This document shows positions 44,694 through 54,083 of a stretch of DNA of 64,000 bases, in pieces; within the stretch, counting starts at the first letter, position 1, and every line of letters starts with the position of its first letter. The stretch is from the NCBI GenBank assembly GCA_038230395.1, contig JBBRNI010000005.1, positions 834 to 64,833 of the forward strand, given 5' to 3'. The DNA is from Candidatus Saccharimonadales bacterium (GTDB lineage: Bacteria; Patescibacteriota; Saccharimonadia; Saccharimonadales; UBA4665). The position numbers were made by a program, and so were the translations under genes. The notes beneath the pieces are model-generated. The model was not told the DNA's origin and made no database searches. It was given only the letters and a program-made list of their open reading frames with translations.

Positions 44694-44744
44694 TTAGCGC
44701 AGCCTACTATTGTATTTGTACTATATATATTGTATTATATATGG

Positions 44745-47048
44745 ATGGACAAGAATGCAGCATTTAATTATGTTGAAAACTTTCAGGCTGAACTAGCAGT
44801 TATCGGTGACGATGTGGTGCGCGCCAAATACGAAACAATGAGCAGCCAACTGCCTGAGCATCAAGCTGCTCGCACCGCATTGCTTGGCGAGCTGGCAGTA
44901 CAAATTAGCGCTCTGACAACCGAATGGACAGCCGATCGGCTCGATCAACAAATACCACCATTCGCTCAGATATCGCCCAAAGAATCAACACCGGAAAATA
45001 TAATTAACGGCGTGGCGCGCACTCCCGAAGAAGAGCATGCGATCAGCTGGGCTAGTGAACTATGGACAAACTATCATCAGCCTATACATCAGCTAAAGGC
45101 CTCGAAGCGCCGGGCGGCCGAACAACGACTGGATCGTCAGTTAGCCCGTGCTATCAGTGAGCAGACACCTAGTGGCGCGCATATGGCGCATGACGGCGCA
45201 CTACTAAATAGTGCTTATTATGGTTGCTGGGTAGCAGAGTGGGCGCGTCAGCCCGACGATCGAACCGAACGTTTTATAAAAACCGTCACTGAGACTTTGG
45301 GCACAGAAGTTCGTGACAATTGGCAGCAGGTACCGCATGAAACATTGCGGAATTGGGTAAGCTCGGATGTCGCGGTGTCACCGCTGTTACCACCTGAGTT
45401 ACCCGTGCTCAATGTTGGGCACCTACTGCTCAAAGAATATTTCAAAGGTCCGGGTACTTCCACTGAAATTATTGATGCAGGCAGCACATTTATTGAGGCC
45501 AGTCTAGATTTTATTCCTAACAGCCAAATAAATAGCCTTAAATACGCCGCCAAAATTATCAATTTCGAAACTGATATTATCCCTTGGGGCTCTCGTTTTT
45601 GCGAGACTACATTCGCCTTTCCACGAGCATCTATTGGCGCGCCCGAAGCTTATGCGCAAGCAGCTATTTTCTGCGAAGCGGCATTAAAAACATACATATT
45701 TTGCTACGGTGTAGTGCCTCCAGCAATCATATCTTCAGCCATGAAAGACCTGCTTCAGCAACCATCTTTCGCCAAGCTCCAGCAACAAATTTACCAGGAG
45801 TTTTCCAGAGGTACGGCAAGCCCTAAGGAGCTTGATCGACTACAGCGACATGTTAGGAGTACCGACCCGGGATCAACCAGTTTTTTGCAATCATTTTCGG
45901 AGCAATACCACCCGGACGGCAACATTGTAATTCCCGGGGATGATGACCCAAAATTCAAGGCCATCAATGATGCTCTCTACCGTGGATACGACCTGCTTGG
46001 ACGCAAACTGGACGCTTACATTGGATATCACTTCGGTACCAATCTATCACCGACTGAATTTCCAGGGGTCAAAATACGTGGAGTCGCCTCGGTTCCATTG
46101 CCTGATGGCCTGATGTTTGACGTACTTTTGCCTGAGGGCATCGAAACTAATGACAAAGAAGACTTAATGTACGCTACACTCGAAGCCACGCAGAATCTGC
46201 TAGCAGGTGAGTCAGACGAAATGCAGGCCTTTCGACAAGTTCGTGCAGCGAATTTATGCCACATTCGACCGCTTTTACGCCTGCCAATCCAGACGAACTT
46301 CTTGCCGGAATCTACGTTGATCCAGCTACGCGAACGAGTCAAGGCTGATGACGTGATGATCCATGAGCTTACTGAGCTTGCAGCCATTGGAATGCCCGAG
46401 CCACTATTGCCAGAGGGCGTAAGCGCGATTGATATGATTCGAACATTAACTGCCACGATCCGTACCAATCCCAACCGATTCGTTGGCCATCAAGGTATTC
46501 GATTTCCATTATCTGACCCTGTTCTGACCAGTCGTGGACTTCAGCAGATAGACATGAAACGCCTTGAAGACAATCGCCTCAGAATCAGCCTCAAGCGACA
46601 CGCCGCTAAGCCAATCGTGTTTCATGCCGATGCTAGCACGCTAGAACTACTGTCAGACGGCAGGGCAGTGCATATGGCCTACGAAACAACTAAACTGTGG
46701 TACCTCAGCTTGAGCATGCTTAGCGAATGGATGACCCGTCCGGCCGTTGAAACCAGCGAGGGCATGGTTGAAGAAGGCCGAGAAAACCCTGTAGGGGTGG
46801 GGCATTTTGGTTATCTCAGAGTTGAAGAGAATGGTAAAAAATATCAACGAGGTACTGCGCAGTGGTATGTCTTCTTAGATGAGCAAAACGGCGATCTGGA
46901 CGAAGCCAGCGCGCGACGAGCGCTGAAGGATCCAACTGGCAAAGGCCGAAATTCTACCTATTACGGCGAGCGGTCTGATGCTATCGAACGTGAGCCCTTA
47001 GAAATCTATATCGCGCCACCACCATTCATCCCACATCACCGAGATTGA
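44745..47048 (+). CDS. Large (767-aa) cytoplasmic protein of unknown function (ORFan by eye)
   Basis: Long uninterrupted ORF with normal amino-acid composition. It has no TM, no signal peptide and no nucleotide-binding or catalytic motif that I recognise. ATG 44745 is preferred over the TTG at 44730. Confidence 0.65.
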   Translation: MDKNAAFNYVENFQAELAVIGDDVVRAKYETMSSQLPEHQAARTALLGELAVQISALTTEWTADRLDQQIPPFAQISPKESTPENIINGVARTPEEEHAISWASELWTNYHQPIHQLKASKRRAAEQRLDRQLARAISEQTPSGAHMAHDGALLNSAYYGCWVAEWARQPDDRTERFIKTVTETLGTEVRDNWQQVPHETLRNWVSSDVAVSPLLPPELPVLNVGHLLLKEYFKGPGTSTEIIDAGSTFIEASLDFIPNSQINSLKYAAKIINFETDIIPWGSRFCETTFAFPRASIGAPEAYAQAAIFCEAALKTYIFCYGVVPPAIISSAMKDLLQQPSFAKLQQQIYQEFSRGTASPKELDRLQRHVRSTDPGSTSFLQSFSEQYHPDGNIVIPGDDDPKFKAINDALYRGYDLLGRKLDAYIGYHFGTNLSPTEFPGVKIRGVASVPLPDGLMFDVLLPEGIETNDKEDLMYATLEATQNLLAGESDEMQAFRQVRAANLCHIRPLLRLPIQTNFLPESTLIQLRERVKADDVMIHELTELAAIGMPEPLLPEGVSAIDMIRTLTATIRTNPNRFVGHQGIRFPLSDPVLTSRGLQQIDMKRLEDNRLRISLKRHAAKPIVFHADASTLELLSDGRAVHMAYETTKLWYLSLSMLSEWMTRPAVETSEGMVEEGRENPVGVGHFGYLRVEENGKKYQRGTAQWYVFLDEQNGDLDEASARRALKDPTGKGRNSTYYGERSDAIEREPLEIYIAPPPFIPHHRD

Positions 47049-47177
47049 TCAAATCTATGCCCATATTTTGGGTTATACACAAAGGGATGAGATAGTAACA
47101 TTTTTACAACATAGACTAAGCATATACGTCATAATTGTGCTAGAATAGGTATTAGAACGATAAATGATCAAATGTGA

Positions 47178-47206
47178 TTGACTTTTAAAAATTTAAGTTA
47201 TATAAT
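47178..47206 (+). promoter_or_regulatory. Near-consensus sigma70 promoter (TTGACT-17 nt-TATAAT)
   Basis: TTGACT at 47178..47183, a 17-nt AT-rich spacer and TATAAT at 47201..47206, 43 nt upstream of ATG 47249. Confidence 0.55.
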
Positions 47207-47248
47207 ACTTGTAAATATAGTAAGTATTTAAGAAAGAGTCCGACCCCT

Positions 47249-48301
47249 ATGGCCGAAGCTGTAACTACCGAATCTACCCCCGTAACATTGATCACTGAGA
47301 CAATTGTGACCGAAGTTCTGGCAACGATCGACCGTGAGCGAGAACGCGAGATTATCGCTCGCCGCTTTGGTTTGTTTGACCGCAAAGAGACGTTAGAGCA
47401 GATTGGTGAAATGCTTGGCATAACCCGTGAGCGCGTCCGTCAGCTAGAGAAGTCAGTAATTACTCGACTCAAAACAACTGCGCAACAGGGCAGTGTACCT
47501 CACATTTCTGACTTTCAAAACCGTTTACTGACTCTGTTAGATACCAAAGGTAATGTCGCACGTGTTAGTAGTTTAACTGCCGTAATAAGCAACGCTCCAA
47601 GTCGTGAAGAGCAGGCACGCGTAGCATTCTTGGCGCAGCTATGCCCCCTGCTAGTAGTCGTCTCGGAGGATGATAACTTTCATAACGCAGTCGGCATCAA
47701 GAAAGTGCGTGATGAAAAGGCTCTAAAAGCTGCCGTCAATAGCCTCGTTGCCACAATCAAAGAGCTTGGTGAGCCAAAATCAATCGAAGAAATTACCGCC
47801 GCCACCGACCTTGAAGACGCAATCGAAACAGCCGCTTTAGCTAGCACCTCGAAGCTATTAGCTACCTTAAACAACCGCTGGGGACTCATCAAATGGCCAA
47901 TGGTTAACCCTAAGAATATTCGTGACAAAATTTACGTTATTCTCAAAGAAAATGGCAAACACATGCACTTCAACGAGATTGCAGACGCCATCAAAGACAG
48001 TGAATTTAAGCGCAAAGACGTTACCACTCAAGCTATCCACAACGAACTAATCAAAGACAAGCGCTTCGTGCTGATTGGTCGAGGTATATACGCTCTGAAA
48101 GAATGGGGTTACGAAAAGGGCACAGTCGCTGATATCATCACCGAAGTACTCAAAGAAGCAGGCGAACCACTACACCGCGACGAAATCGTTAAGCGCGTGC
48201 TAGCCAGCCGCTTCGTCAAAGAAACCACTATCCTGTTAAATCTTCAAGGCAAGCCGCAGTTCAAACGCGTAGCTAAAGCTACATACGAACTATCTGAGTA
48301 G
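47249..48301 (+). CDS. Sigma-70 region-4-like HTH protein with two C-terminal HARE-HTH/RpoE(delta)-like winged-helix repeats
   Basis: RRFGLFDRKETLEQIGEMLGITRERVRQLEKSVITRL (region 4.2-like). Two similar segments follow, IYVILKENGKHMHFNEIADAI and IITEVLKEAGEPLHRDEIVKRVL. Confidence 0.6.
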   Translation: MAEAVTTESTPVTLITETIVTEVLATIDREREREIIARRFGLFDRKETLEQIGEMLGITRERVRQLEKSVITRLKTTAQQGSVPHISDFQNRLLTLLDTKGNVARVSSLTAVISNAPSREEQARVAFLAQLCPLLVVVSEDDNFHNAVGIKKVRDEKALKAAVNSLVATIKELGEPKSIEEITAATDLEDAIETAALASTSKLLATLNNRWGLIKWPMVNPKNIRDKIYVILKENGKHMHFNEIADAIKDSEFKRKDVTTQAIHNELIKDKRFVLIGRGIYALKEWGYEKGTVADIITEVLKEAGEPLHRDEIVKRVLASRFVKETTILLNLQGKPQFKRVAKATYELSE

Positions 48302-48314
48302 TTTTACTTAAGTA

Positions 48315-48974
48315 ATGCCAGTCGTTCCTTCATTCTTAACAGAAAGCGAATACAGCGCCGTTGCTCGCAACATGCTGGTTGCCAACCCCAAATTGCTATC
48401 TGCTACCATAGACGTTAGTGTTGGCGATGAAGCAGAACAACTTCTTCCATGGACTTATGACACATCGTTTGCACGACAAATGAATGATCTGAATAGGCCA
48501 GGTTATGGCACACAGTCTCTGCCAGATATATATGCGGTAACACTCAATTCAGCTGTTCCCGTGTCAGATTCTATTCGCGGTTATTACAAAAAACTAGAGC
48601 AGGCCTGTCCACCAATAATTGGCATAGATGCCAACAGTGTTGACGGTTTTCGTTTTTTTCTTGGAGAAAAGCAAAGGCAGCTTAGTGCTCGACAACTCTC
48701 ACACGTTGCTCAGTTAGCCTTAGCTGGCACAAAAGACGCTCATGTTTGCATCATTGACCAATTTGTCGCGAGCGGCCGCACAATCGCCATAGCAGCCGAG
48801 ATGCTGTACGCCAGCGGTGCGGGCCAAGTAACTGCTATTCGTGGAAAATGGTATACAGATGCTATGAAGCCACCTAAAAAAGCCGAAATACAGGATCTGA
48901 CTTCGCGTCACGCATCATTTATGCATGGTGTTGGCCGACTTGCCGCCACACACAGCTTAGCACTAATAAGTTGA
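48315..48974 (+). CDS. Phosphoribosyltransferase-like protein
   Basis: PRPP-binding-type motif VCIIDQFVASGRTI. The rest is not assignable. Confidence 0.55.
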   Translation: MPVVPSFLTESEYSAVARNMLVANPKLLSATIDVSVGDEAEQLLPWTYDTSFARQMNDLNRPGYGTQSLPDIYAVTLNSAVPVSDSIRGYYKKLEQACPPIIGIDANSVDGFRFFLGEKQRQLSARQLSHVAQLALAGTKDAHVCIIDQFVASGRTIAIAAEMLYASGAGQVTAIRGKWYTDAMKPPKKAEIQDLTSRHASFMHGVGRLAATHSLALIS

Positions 48975-49623
48975 ACGTTTTACGAACAGGGTATACGTAT
49001 AGCCGCCGTGGGGTATCACAGAATTTGATAAGCAAAAGCATTATGTGGAGTTATGGACAGGTTAGTAGTCTTAAATGCCTAAAATTTTAAAATAACTATA
49101 GGTAGGGACTAAATAATTTTTATTGATACTGCAAGGGGGGCTCACATCAAGATGGTAACTGCATGTCGCACAATATATCTTTTACGACTCGAATATAGGG
49201 CTGAGGGTTGATCACAGGTATGTCTTCTGCAGGGGACTTTCAAGTACTGACGCCGTATTTTGTTTATTATTTACTTACTACTGCACAACGAGCATCATCT
49301 GTTAATCTACACTTACGCCTATTAGTTTAGCGGCTCTTCTGCCTAGTGTCTGGTTGTGATTTATGGCACTAGAGACTTATATTTGACTTTTCCACAGTTA
49401 CGTCGTGAAAACTTTACTTTTCACAGCTATTTTGCAGATATTTGACATCCCCTGCTTTTCTATACTTTTATATAGTTTTTTGACATTTATTAATATTGAT
49501 ATGTTTATATGTTTTTTTATTTGAACGCAGTTTTAATAAACATGAACAAAATACGAACTACAGCGGGGCAACGGAGGAGTGACATTCTAAAACGCTAATA
49601 CCGCTACTAGTCTTTGCTACCAT

Positions 49624-50589
49624 TTACTGGTAATATGCCCGGCCATCGACTCGAACATCTATGTAGTGTGCTGGAGTGATGCTCTCCCCTGTTAAACGCT
49701 GTTGTACAGCTAAAAAGCTGCCTACCTGTAATTTGGCAGAGGCTGCATGCAAGTTGAACTTCACGAAGTAAGGCTTGCCACTAATAGCCACGTCAAGCTC
49801 GTTAGCAGCTGTAGGAAGCGTCATTTCAGTTATAGTCACCTGTTTTGCCTGCAAACCTGCAACTACTGTCTGGATGAAGCTTATATCGTTACTACTGAGA
49901 ACTTGGCTATTAAGCGCCAGCTTAAAGCCACTTTGATCGTTAACAGATGGTAGCCCCAAGACGACTGCTTCTGGACTCGTCGGCGCTAAAACCTTACCGC
50001 TAGTATCAAGCACGAAAGAGCCGGTTAAATTATGAAGAATGAGTGCCGGTTGTGTGTAGCTAATATAAACGATGGGTCGATGAGATAACAATGGAAGCGT
50101 CAGCGTCGCACTAGCTAGTTCTGGGTACCTAGTCAGCAGCTCACGACTGAGCTTAACACTGTCAATCGTGATCTTGTTGTGGTTGAGCAATGAGCTATTC
50201 AATAGCTCAGTTGCAGTCGCTTGGTAGGCGGCTTGGTTATGAAACAGACTGCTGCGATTAGCCGGGCCAATCTGTTGTAGTTTGACGTCACTGGACAAGG
50301 TCAGCGCGCTGAACAAACTGGCTAAACCTACAATCAGCAAAATGCCCAGACCAAATCTTTGCAGCCAAAAATTACCAATAGTTTTAGCTGCCGATCCAAT
50401 AACTTGGCTGCGAAACTTGGCGCCATCACGACCAGTGTTAGTTGTCTGATCTGAACGCTGGGTATGATATGAAAATGTCTGAGCTATAGTGCGCCGTGAC
50501 TCAGTTTGGTCCGGGCGCAACCGTTGGCGCAGTGTCGCTTGTTTATTTTTTTTCTTGATGTGCACGCTACTACTTTCCTGCTTGTTCAA
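49624..50589 (-). CDS. ftsQ: FtsQ-type (POTRA) cell-division protein
   Basis: Basic cytoplasmic N-terminus, a single TM and a POTRA-sized extracytoplasmic domain. It is the last gene of the dcw cluster, directly after murG. Confidence 0.65.
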   Translation of the reverse strand: MNKQESSSVHIKKKNKQATLRQRLRPDQTESRRTIAQTFSYHTQRSDQTTNTGRDGAKFRSQVIGSAAKTIGNFWLQRFGLGILLIVGLASLFSALTLSSDVKLQQIGPANRSSLFHNQAAYQATATELLNSSLLNHNKITIDSVKLSRELLTRYPELASATLTLPLLSHRPIVYISYTQPALILHNLTGSFVLDTSGKVLAPTSPEAVVLGLPSVNDQSGFKLALNSQVLSSNDISFIQTVVAGLQAKQVTITEMTLPTAANELDVAISGKPYFVKFNLHAASAKLQVGSFLAVQQRLTGESITPAHYIDVRVDGRAYYQ

Positions 50590-51781
50590 TTAAAATAGCT
50601 GCTAAATCCTGCGCCGCGTTTGGTCGAGCTAGTGTATTTAGGGTTTTGCCAAGCTCCGCTCTCTGCTCAGAACTGTCGAGTAGCTCTGATATCGTCTTGG
50701 CTAGTCTGCCCTCCTGCTCGGCTTGCAACTCTGTTAATTGAAGAACAGCTCCTATTTTGGCCAGTTGCTGATTATTTTTGACGTTCCATATTAGTTGCGG
50801 TGAAGGAATTATCAGACAGGCCTTAGATTGGATTGCCCATTCAGCCATATTAGTAGCCCCTCCCCGGCCAATAATAACATCGGCAGCACCACTGTAACGA
50901 TACAAATTATCCAGGAAACCTCTTACCACTACTCGCTGTCGCTCCGAAGTACCCAGTATCTTGTTATACGACTCACTCAGCGCCGTTTCTAGGGTCCTGC
51001 CCGCCACATGAACAATCGTTAAGTTTGGGTGTCGCTTGAGTAACAAAGGCGCGGCCTCCAGCACAAATTGGTTAAGCTGATGCGCTCCATTGCCTCCACC
51101 GGTAATAAATAACATACGTCCAATAGTCGGGACACCTATTTGCCTTCGGTAGTCGGACTGTAAGCTAGGGGTTACTGCCCGGTAATCAGGGCTAAGCGGG
51201 ATACCAACCTTGATAGTCTTAGCCGCAATATAGGGGTAGGTGCTGGCTTCAAACGCCACGGCGTGCAGTCTTGCCCAACGCGCTATCAAGCGATTTGCTA
51301 GGCTGGGCGTACTATCTGAATCATGGGTGATATAAGGCACGCCGCACAAGCGGCCACCTAGAGCAACTGGTACGCTTACGAAGCCTCCTCGAGTAAAGGT
51401 TATCTGGGGCCGCAAGCGCCGCATCAATCGCCAGCTCTGGATGAGTCCAATGGCAATGTAACCTAGGTCACGGATGTTTAGAAACAGAGTCTTCAGATCA
51501 AATATTTGGCGTATTCCTAAGCCGTGATAGCGTCTAAACTTACCCGCACGCACAGTGTATACCTCATCAATATTTGGATCTTGAGCTGGAATGTCAGCTA
51601 ATCGATCGCCCTTTTGACCGATGTAAATTATCGTAATCGTAGGATCAGCTGCTTTTAGTGCCGTTGCAACAGCCAGAACTGGCGTAATATGCCCACCGGA
51701 ACCGCCACCGGTAACAACAACTTTAATAGTCGGGCCTCCTGAATGCCTGTAAGTTACGGCTTGGTCGGTTCGAGAGTTCAA
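50570..51781 (-). CDS. murG: UDP-GlcNAc:lipid I N-acetylglucosaminyltransferase
   Basis: TGGGSGGHITP N-terminal G-loop and GT28 length. It has an apparent 59-nt overlap with ftsW, so the true start is uncertain. Confidence 0.9.
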   Translation of the reverse strand: MNSRTDQAVTYRHSGGPTIKVVVTGGGSGGHITPVLAVATALKAADPTITIIYIGQKGDRLADIPAQDPNIDEVYTVRAGKFRRYHGLGIRQIFDLKTLFLNIRDLGYIAIGLIQSWRLMRRLRPQITFTRGGFVSVPVALGGRLCGVPYITHDSDSTPSLANRLIARWARLHAVAFEASTYPYIAAKTIKVGIPLSPDYRAVTPSLQSDYRRQIGVPTIGRMLFITGGGNGAHQLNQFVLEAAPLLLKRHPNLTIVHVAGRTLETALSESYNKILGTSERQRVVVRGFLDNLYRYSGAADVIIGRGGATNMAEWAIQSKACLIIPSPQLIWNVKNNQQLAKIGAVLQLTELQAEQEGRLAKTISELLDSSEQRAELGKTLNTLARPNAAQDLAAILIEQAGK

Positions 51782-53000
51782 CAGCGCGGGGAGAACTAAG
51801 CGCTGTGTAACGCGAAACCTGAAAGACTAAGCCCACAGCTGCCGCAATAAAGACCACACTAGTGCCCCCATAGCTAATAAACGGTAAGGTTATGCCCTTG
51901 AGCGGTAATAGTCCGACCATTGCGCCAATATTAATCAACGACTGGACACTTAGCCACGCTAGTACGCCAATCACCAGTAGCCTGCTAAAGGCATCACTAG
52001 AACGTTCTGCAATCGTCTTGAGCCGGCTAAAGAAGCCCACAAAAACAGCCAGTAAAATGACACTTCCGATAAAGCCGAACTTTTCAGCAAATATAGCAAA
52101 TATAGAGTCATTGGCAGCCTCCGGTACATAGCCATAGGCCTGTGCTCCACCCCCGAGACCAGCACCAACAATACCGCCACTACCAACACTAATCAATGCC
52201 TGACAGGCCTGATACCCGGCGTTCTGGCAATCTGATTCTGGATGCATAAAGGTTGTCAAACGCTGACGTCGGTAGCCAGATGGCAAAATCACTAAGGCCA
52301 AACCAATCGCTAATATGCCAGCGAACATCATCAAACGTTTCATCGGCAAGCCAGCTATAAAACACATCGTGCCGGCCATAGCTACCATAACGCCCATCGA
52401 CCCGAGATCTGATTGGGCATGTAGTTTTTGTGGGCCAGCAATAATAATACCCATAACGACAATAGCAATAATCAACGGTTTAAATGTTTTAGCACTATCC
52501 GATAATAATTTAGAGCTAATCCGCTCGGCTAAAAAGCCAGCTAGCGCGATAAGCACGGCGAACTTTACAAGCTCAACTGACTGAAACGACAAGCTACCAC
52601 CAAGCCTTACCCACCGGTGCGCAGGATAAGCTGGGTTTACTGGTAACAATAGTGCGAGCATGGTAGCTACCCCGGCTAATATTAATAGCGGCTTGTAGGC
52701 TTGACGCCACCACCTGAGCGGCACTTGAGCGGTAGCAATAAAGGCCACAATACTAAGCGTAATAGCCAGTAGCTGTTTGCCAACATAGTAGGTGTTACTT
52801 ACGTGGTTAGCTACTGCCAGCGCCGGGCTAATTGCATACACCACCACTAACCCTGTAGCCAGCAATATGGCACTGAATATTAGTAACCAATAATCTGGAC
52901 GGTGTCGCCTACCGAGGTTAAGTTCTGTCGATTGACGCGTCAATGGTCGCCTACTTCTTTGGCTTCTCATGCGGCTGCTAGGTGGCACCTGCGGCCCCAT
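51723..53000 (-). CDS. ftsW: SEDS-family peptidoglycan polymerase FtsW/RodA
   Basis: Polytopic membrane protein (~10 TM) with the SEDS-typical C-terminal PLKGITLPFISYGGTS. Confidence 0.9.
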   Translation of the reverse strand: MGPQVPPSSRMRSQRSRRPLTRQSTELNLGRRHRPDYWLLIFSAILLATGLVVVYAISPALAVANHVSNTYYVGKQLLAITLSIVAFIATAQVPLRWWRQAYKPLLILAGVATMLALLLPVNPAYPAHRWVRLGGSLSFQSVELVKFAVLIALAGFLAERISSKLLSDSAKTFKPLIIAIVVMGIIIAGPQKLHAQSDLGSMGVMVAMAGTMCFIAGLPMKRLMMFAGILAIGLALVILPSGYRRQRLTTFMHPESDCQNAGYQACQALISVGSGGIVGAGLGGGAQAYGYVPEAANDSIFAIFAEKFGFIGSVILLAVFVGFFSRLKTIAERSSDAFSRLLVIGVLAWLSVQSLINIGAMVGLLPLKGITLPFISYGGTSVVFIAAAVGLVFQVSRYTALSSPRAVELSNRPSRNLQAFRRPDY

Positions 53001-53003
53001 GGC

Positions 53004-54044
53004 TTAAACTCCCCGTCCCAAAAGAAAGACCATAATCCCCAGCACACCAGAGACTTGGCCCAAAATCCAAAAACGCATTGTGACCTTTGTTTCAGGCCAA
53101 CCGATAGCTTCGAAGTGGTGATGGATAGGTGATGATAAAAACACTTTTTTACCATTACGTAATTTTCTCGAAGTCCGGTTAATAATAACTGAGCCCGTTT
53201 CCATTACATATACAGCCCCAATAATTGGAAGTACGTAAATAGTATCTGTTTGCAAGGCGATAATACCCAAGGCAGTACCTAATGCAAACGAGCCAACATC
53301 CCCCATAAAGAACCGAGCCGGATAAATGTTGAACCACGTGTAGCTAAGTAATGCGCCAATAATGGTCAGGCAAAAAGCCGCTAAGGCATACTTGCCTTCG
53401 ATGACACAGATTAAGGCGTAGGCCGCGAACGAAGAAGTCAGCAAGCCACCCGCTAGGCCATCAAGTCCATCGCTAATATTAACGGAGTTAGCTGTAGCGA
53501 TTACCACTAACCAAAACAAACCAATCACTAAGGCTCCGATGTGCCAGTGGTGAATGATTGGCAAGTAGACTGATGTAACCCCTAACTTGTTATAAAACCA
53601 CCAACCGCCAGCTAGTAGAACTACGCTGTACAAGGCAAATTTAACAGAAGCAGTCATTCCAGCGACTTTGCTAGTTCCACGGATATTCATAATATCGTCA
53701 ACGAGCCCAATAAAGCCGGCAGCCAACATACCTGCCAGCGGTAGCCATGTTTCACTCCGGTGCAGGTTACCAAATAGCGTTACAAGTGTAATAGCCGCGA
53801 TAAATATCAAACCAGCCATATTTGGTACGTTTCGCTTGTGCTTGGCGGCGTGTAGCTTGGCGTAGACAGTTGCTGCCCCGCCCGACCAGGCTTCTGTACG
53901 CTGCTTTTTCCACCATTCATGTTTATAGGCTAAATTTGTGAAGACTGGCGTCAGCGCCATTGCTAGCAAAAAGCTCAAAAAACCAAGCAAGAAGATATGC
54001 ACTAGGGTGTTGGTGTGGACGGCTATATACAATGTTTTTGACAT
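53004..54044 (-). CDS. mraY: Phospho-N-acetylmuramoyl-pentapeptide transferase
   Basis: DDIMNIRG, NISDGLDGLAGG and SPIHHHFE motifs. Confidence 0.95.
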   Translation of the reverse strand: MSKTLYIAVHTNTLVHIFLLGFLSFLLAMALTPVFTNLAYKHEWWKKQRTEAWSGGAATVYAKLHAAKHKRNVPNMAGLIFIAAITLVTLFGNLHRSETWLPLAGMLAAGFIGLVDDIMNIRGTSKVAGMTASVKFALYSVVLLAGGWWFYNKLGVTSVYLPIIHHWHIGALVIGLFWLVVIATANSVNISDGLDGLAGGLLTSSFAAYALICVIEGKYALAAFCLTIIGALLSYTWFNIYPARFFMGDVGSFALGTALGIIALQTDTIYVLPIIGAVYVMETGSVIINRTSRKLRNGKKVFLSSPIHHHFEAIGWPETKVTMRFWILGQVSGVLGIMVFLLGRGV

Positions 54045-54083
54045 GATGAAATTTGTACTAAGTATACCATTTCACACGATAAT

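Noticed and set aside
49380-49425. DnaA-box-like sequences (TTTTCCACA at 49388, CTTTTCACA at 49415), raising the possibility of oriC
   Set aside because: Only one site matches the 9-mer consensus at 8/9 and the others match at 6/9 or less. There is no dnaA or dnaN nearby. The flanking genes converge, whereas genes usually diverge from an origin.
50570-51781. The 59-nt ftsW/murG and 20-nt murG/ftsQ overlaps as possible programmed frameshift or fusion sites
   Set aside because: There is no slippery heptamer or structure at either overlap. Overlaps of this size are more simply explained by start-codon uncertainty in compact operons.
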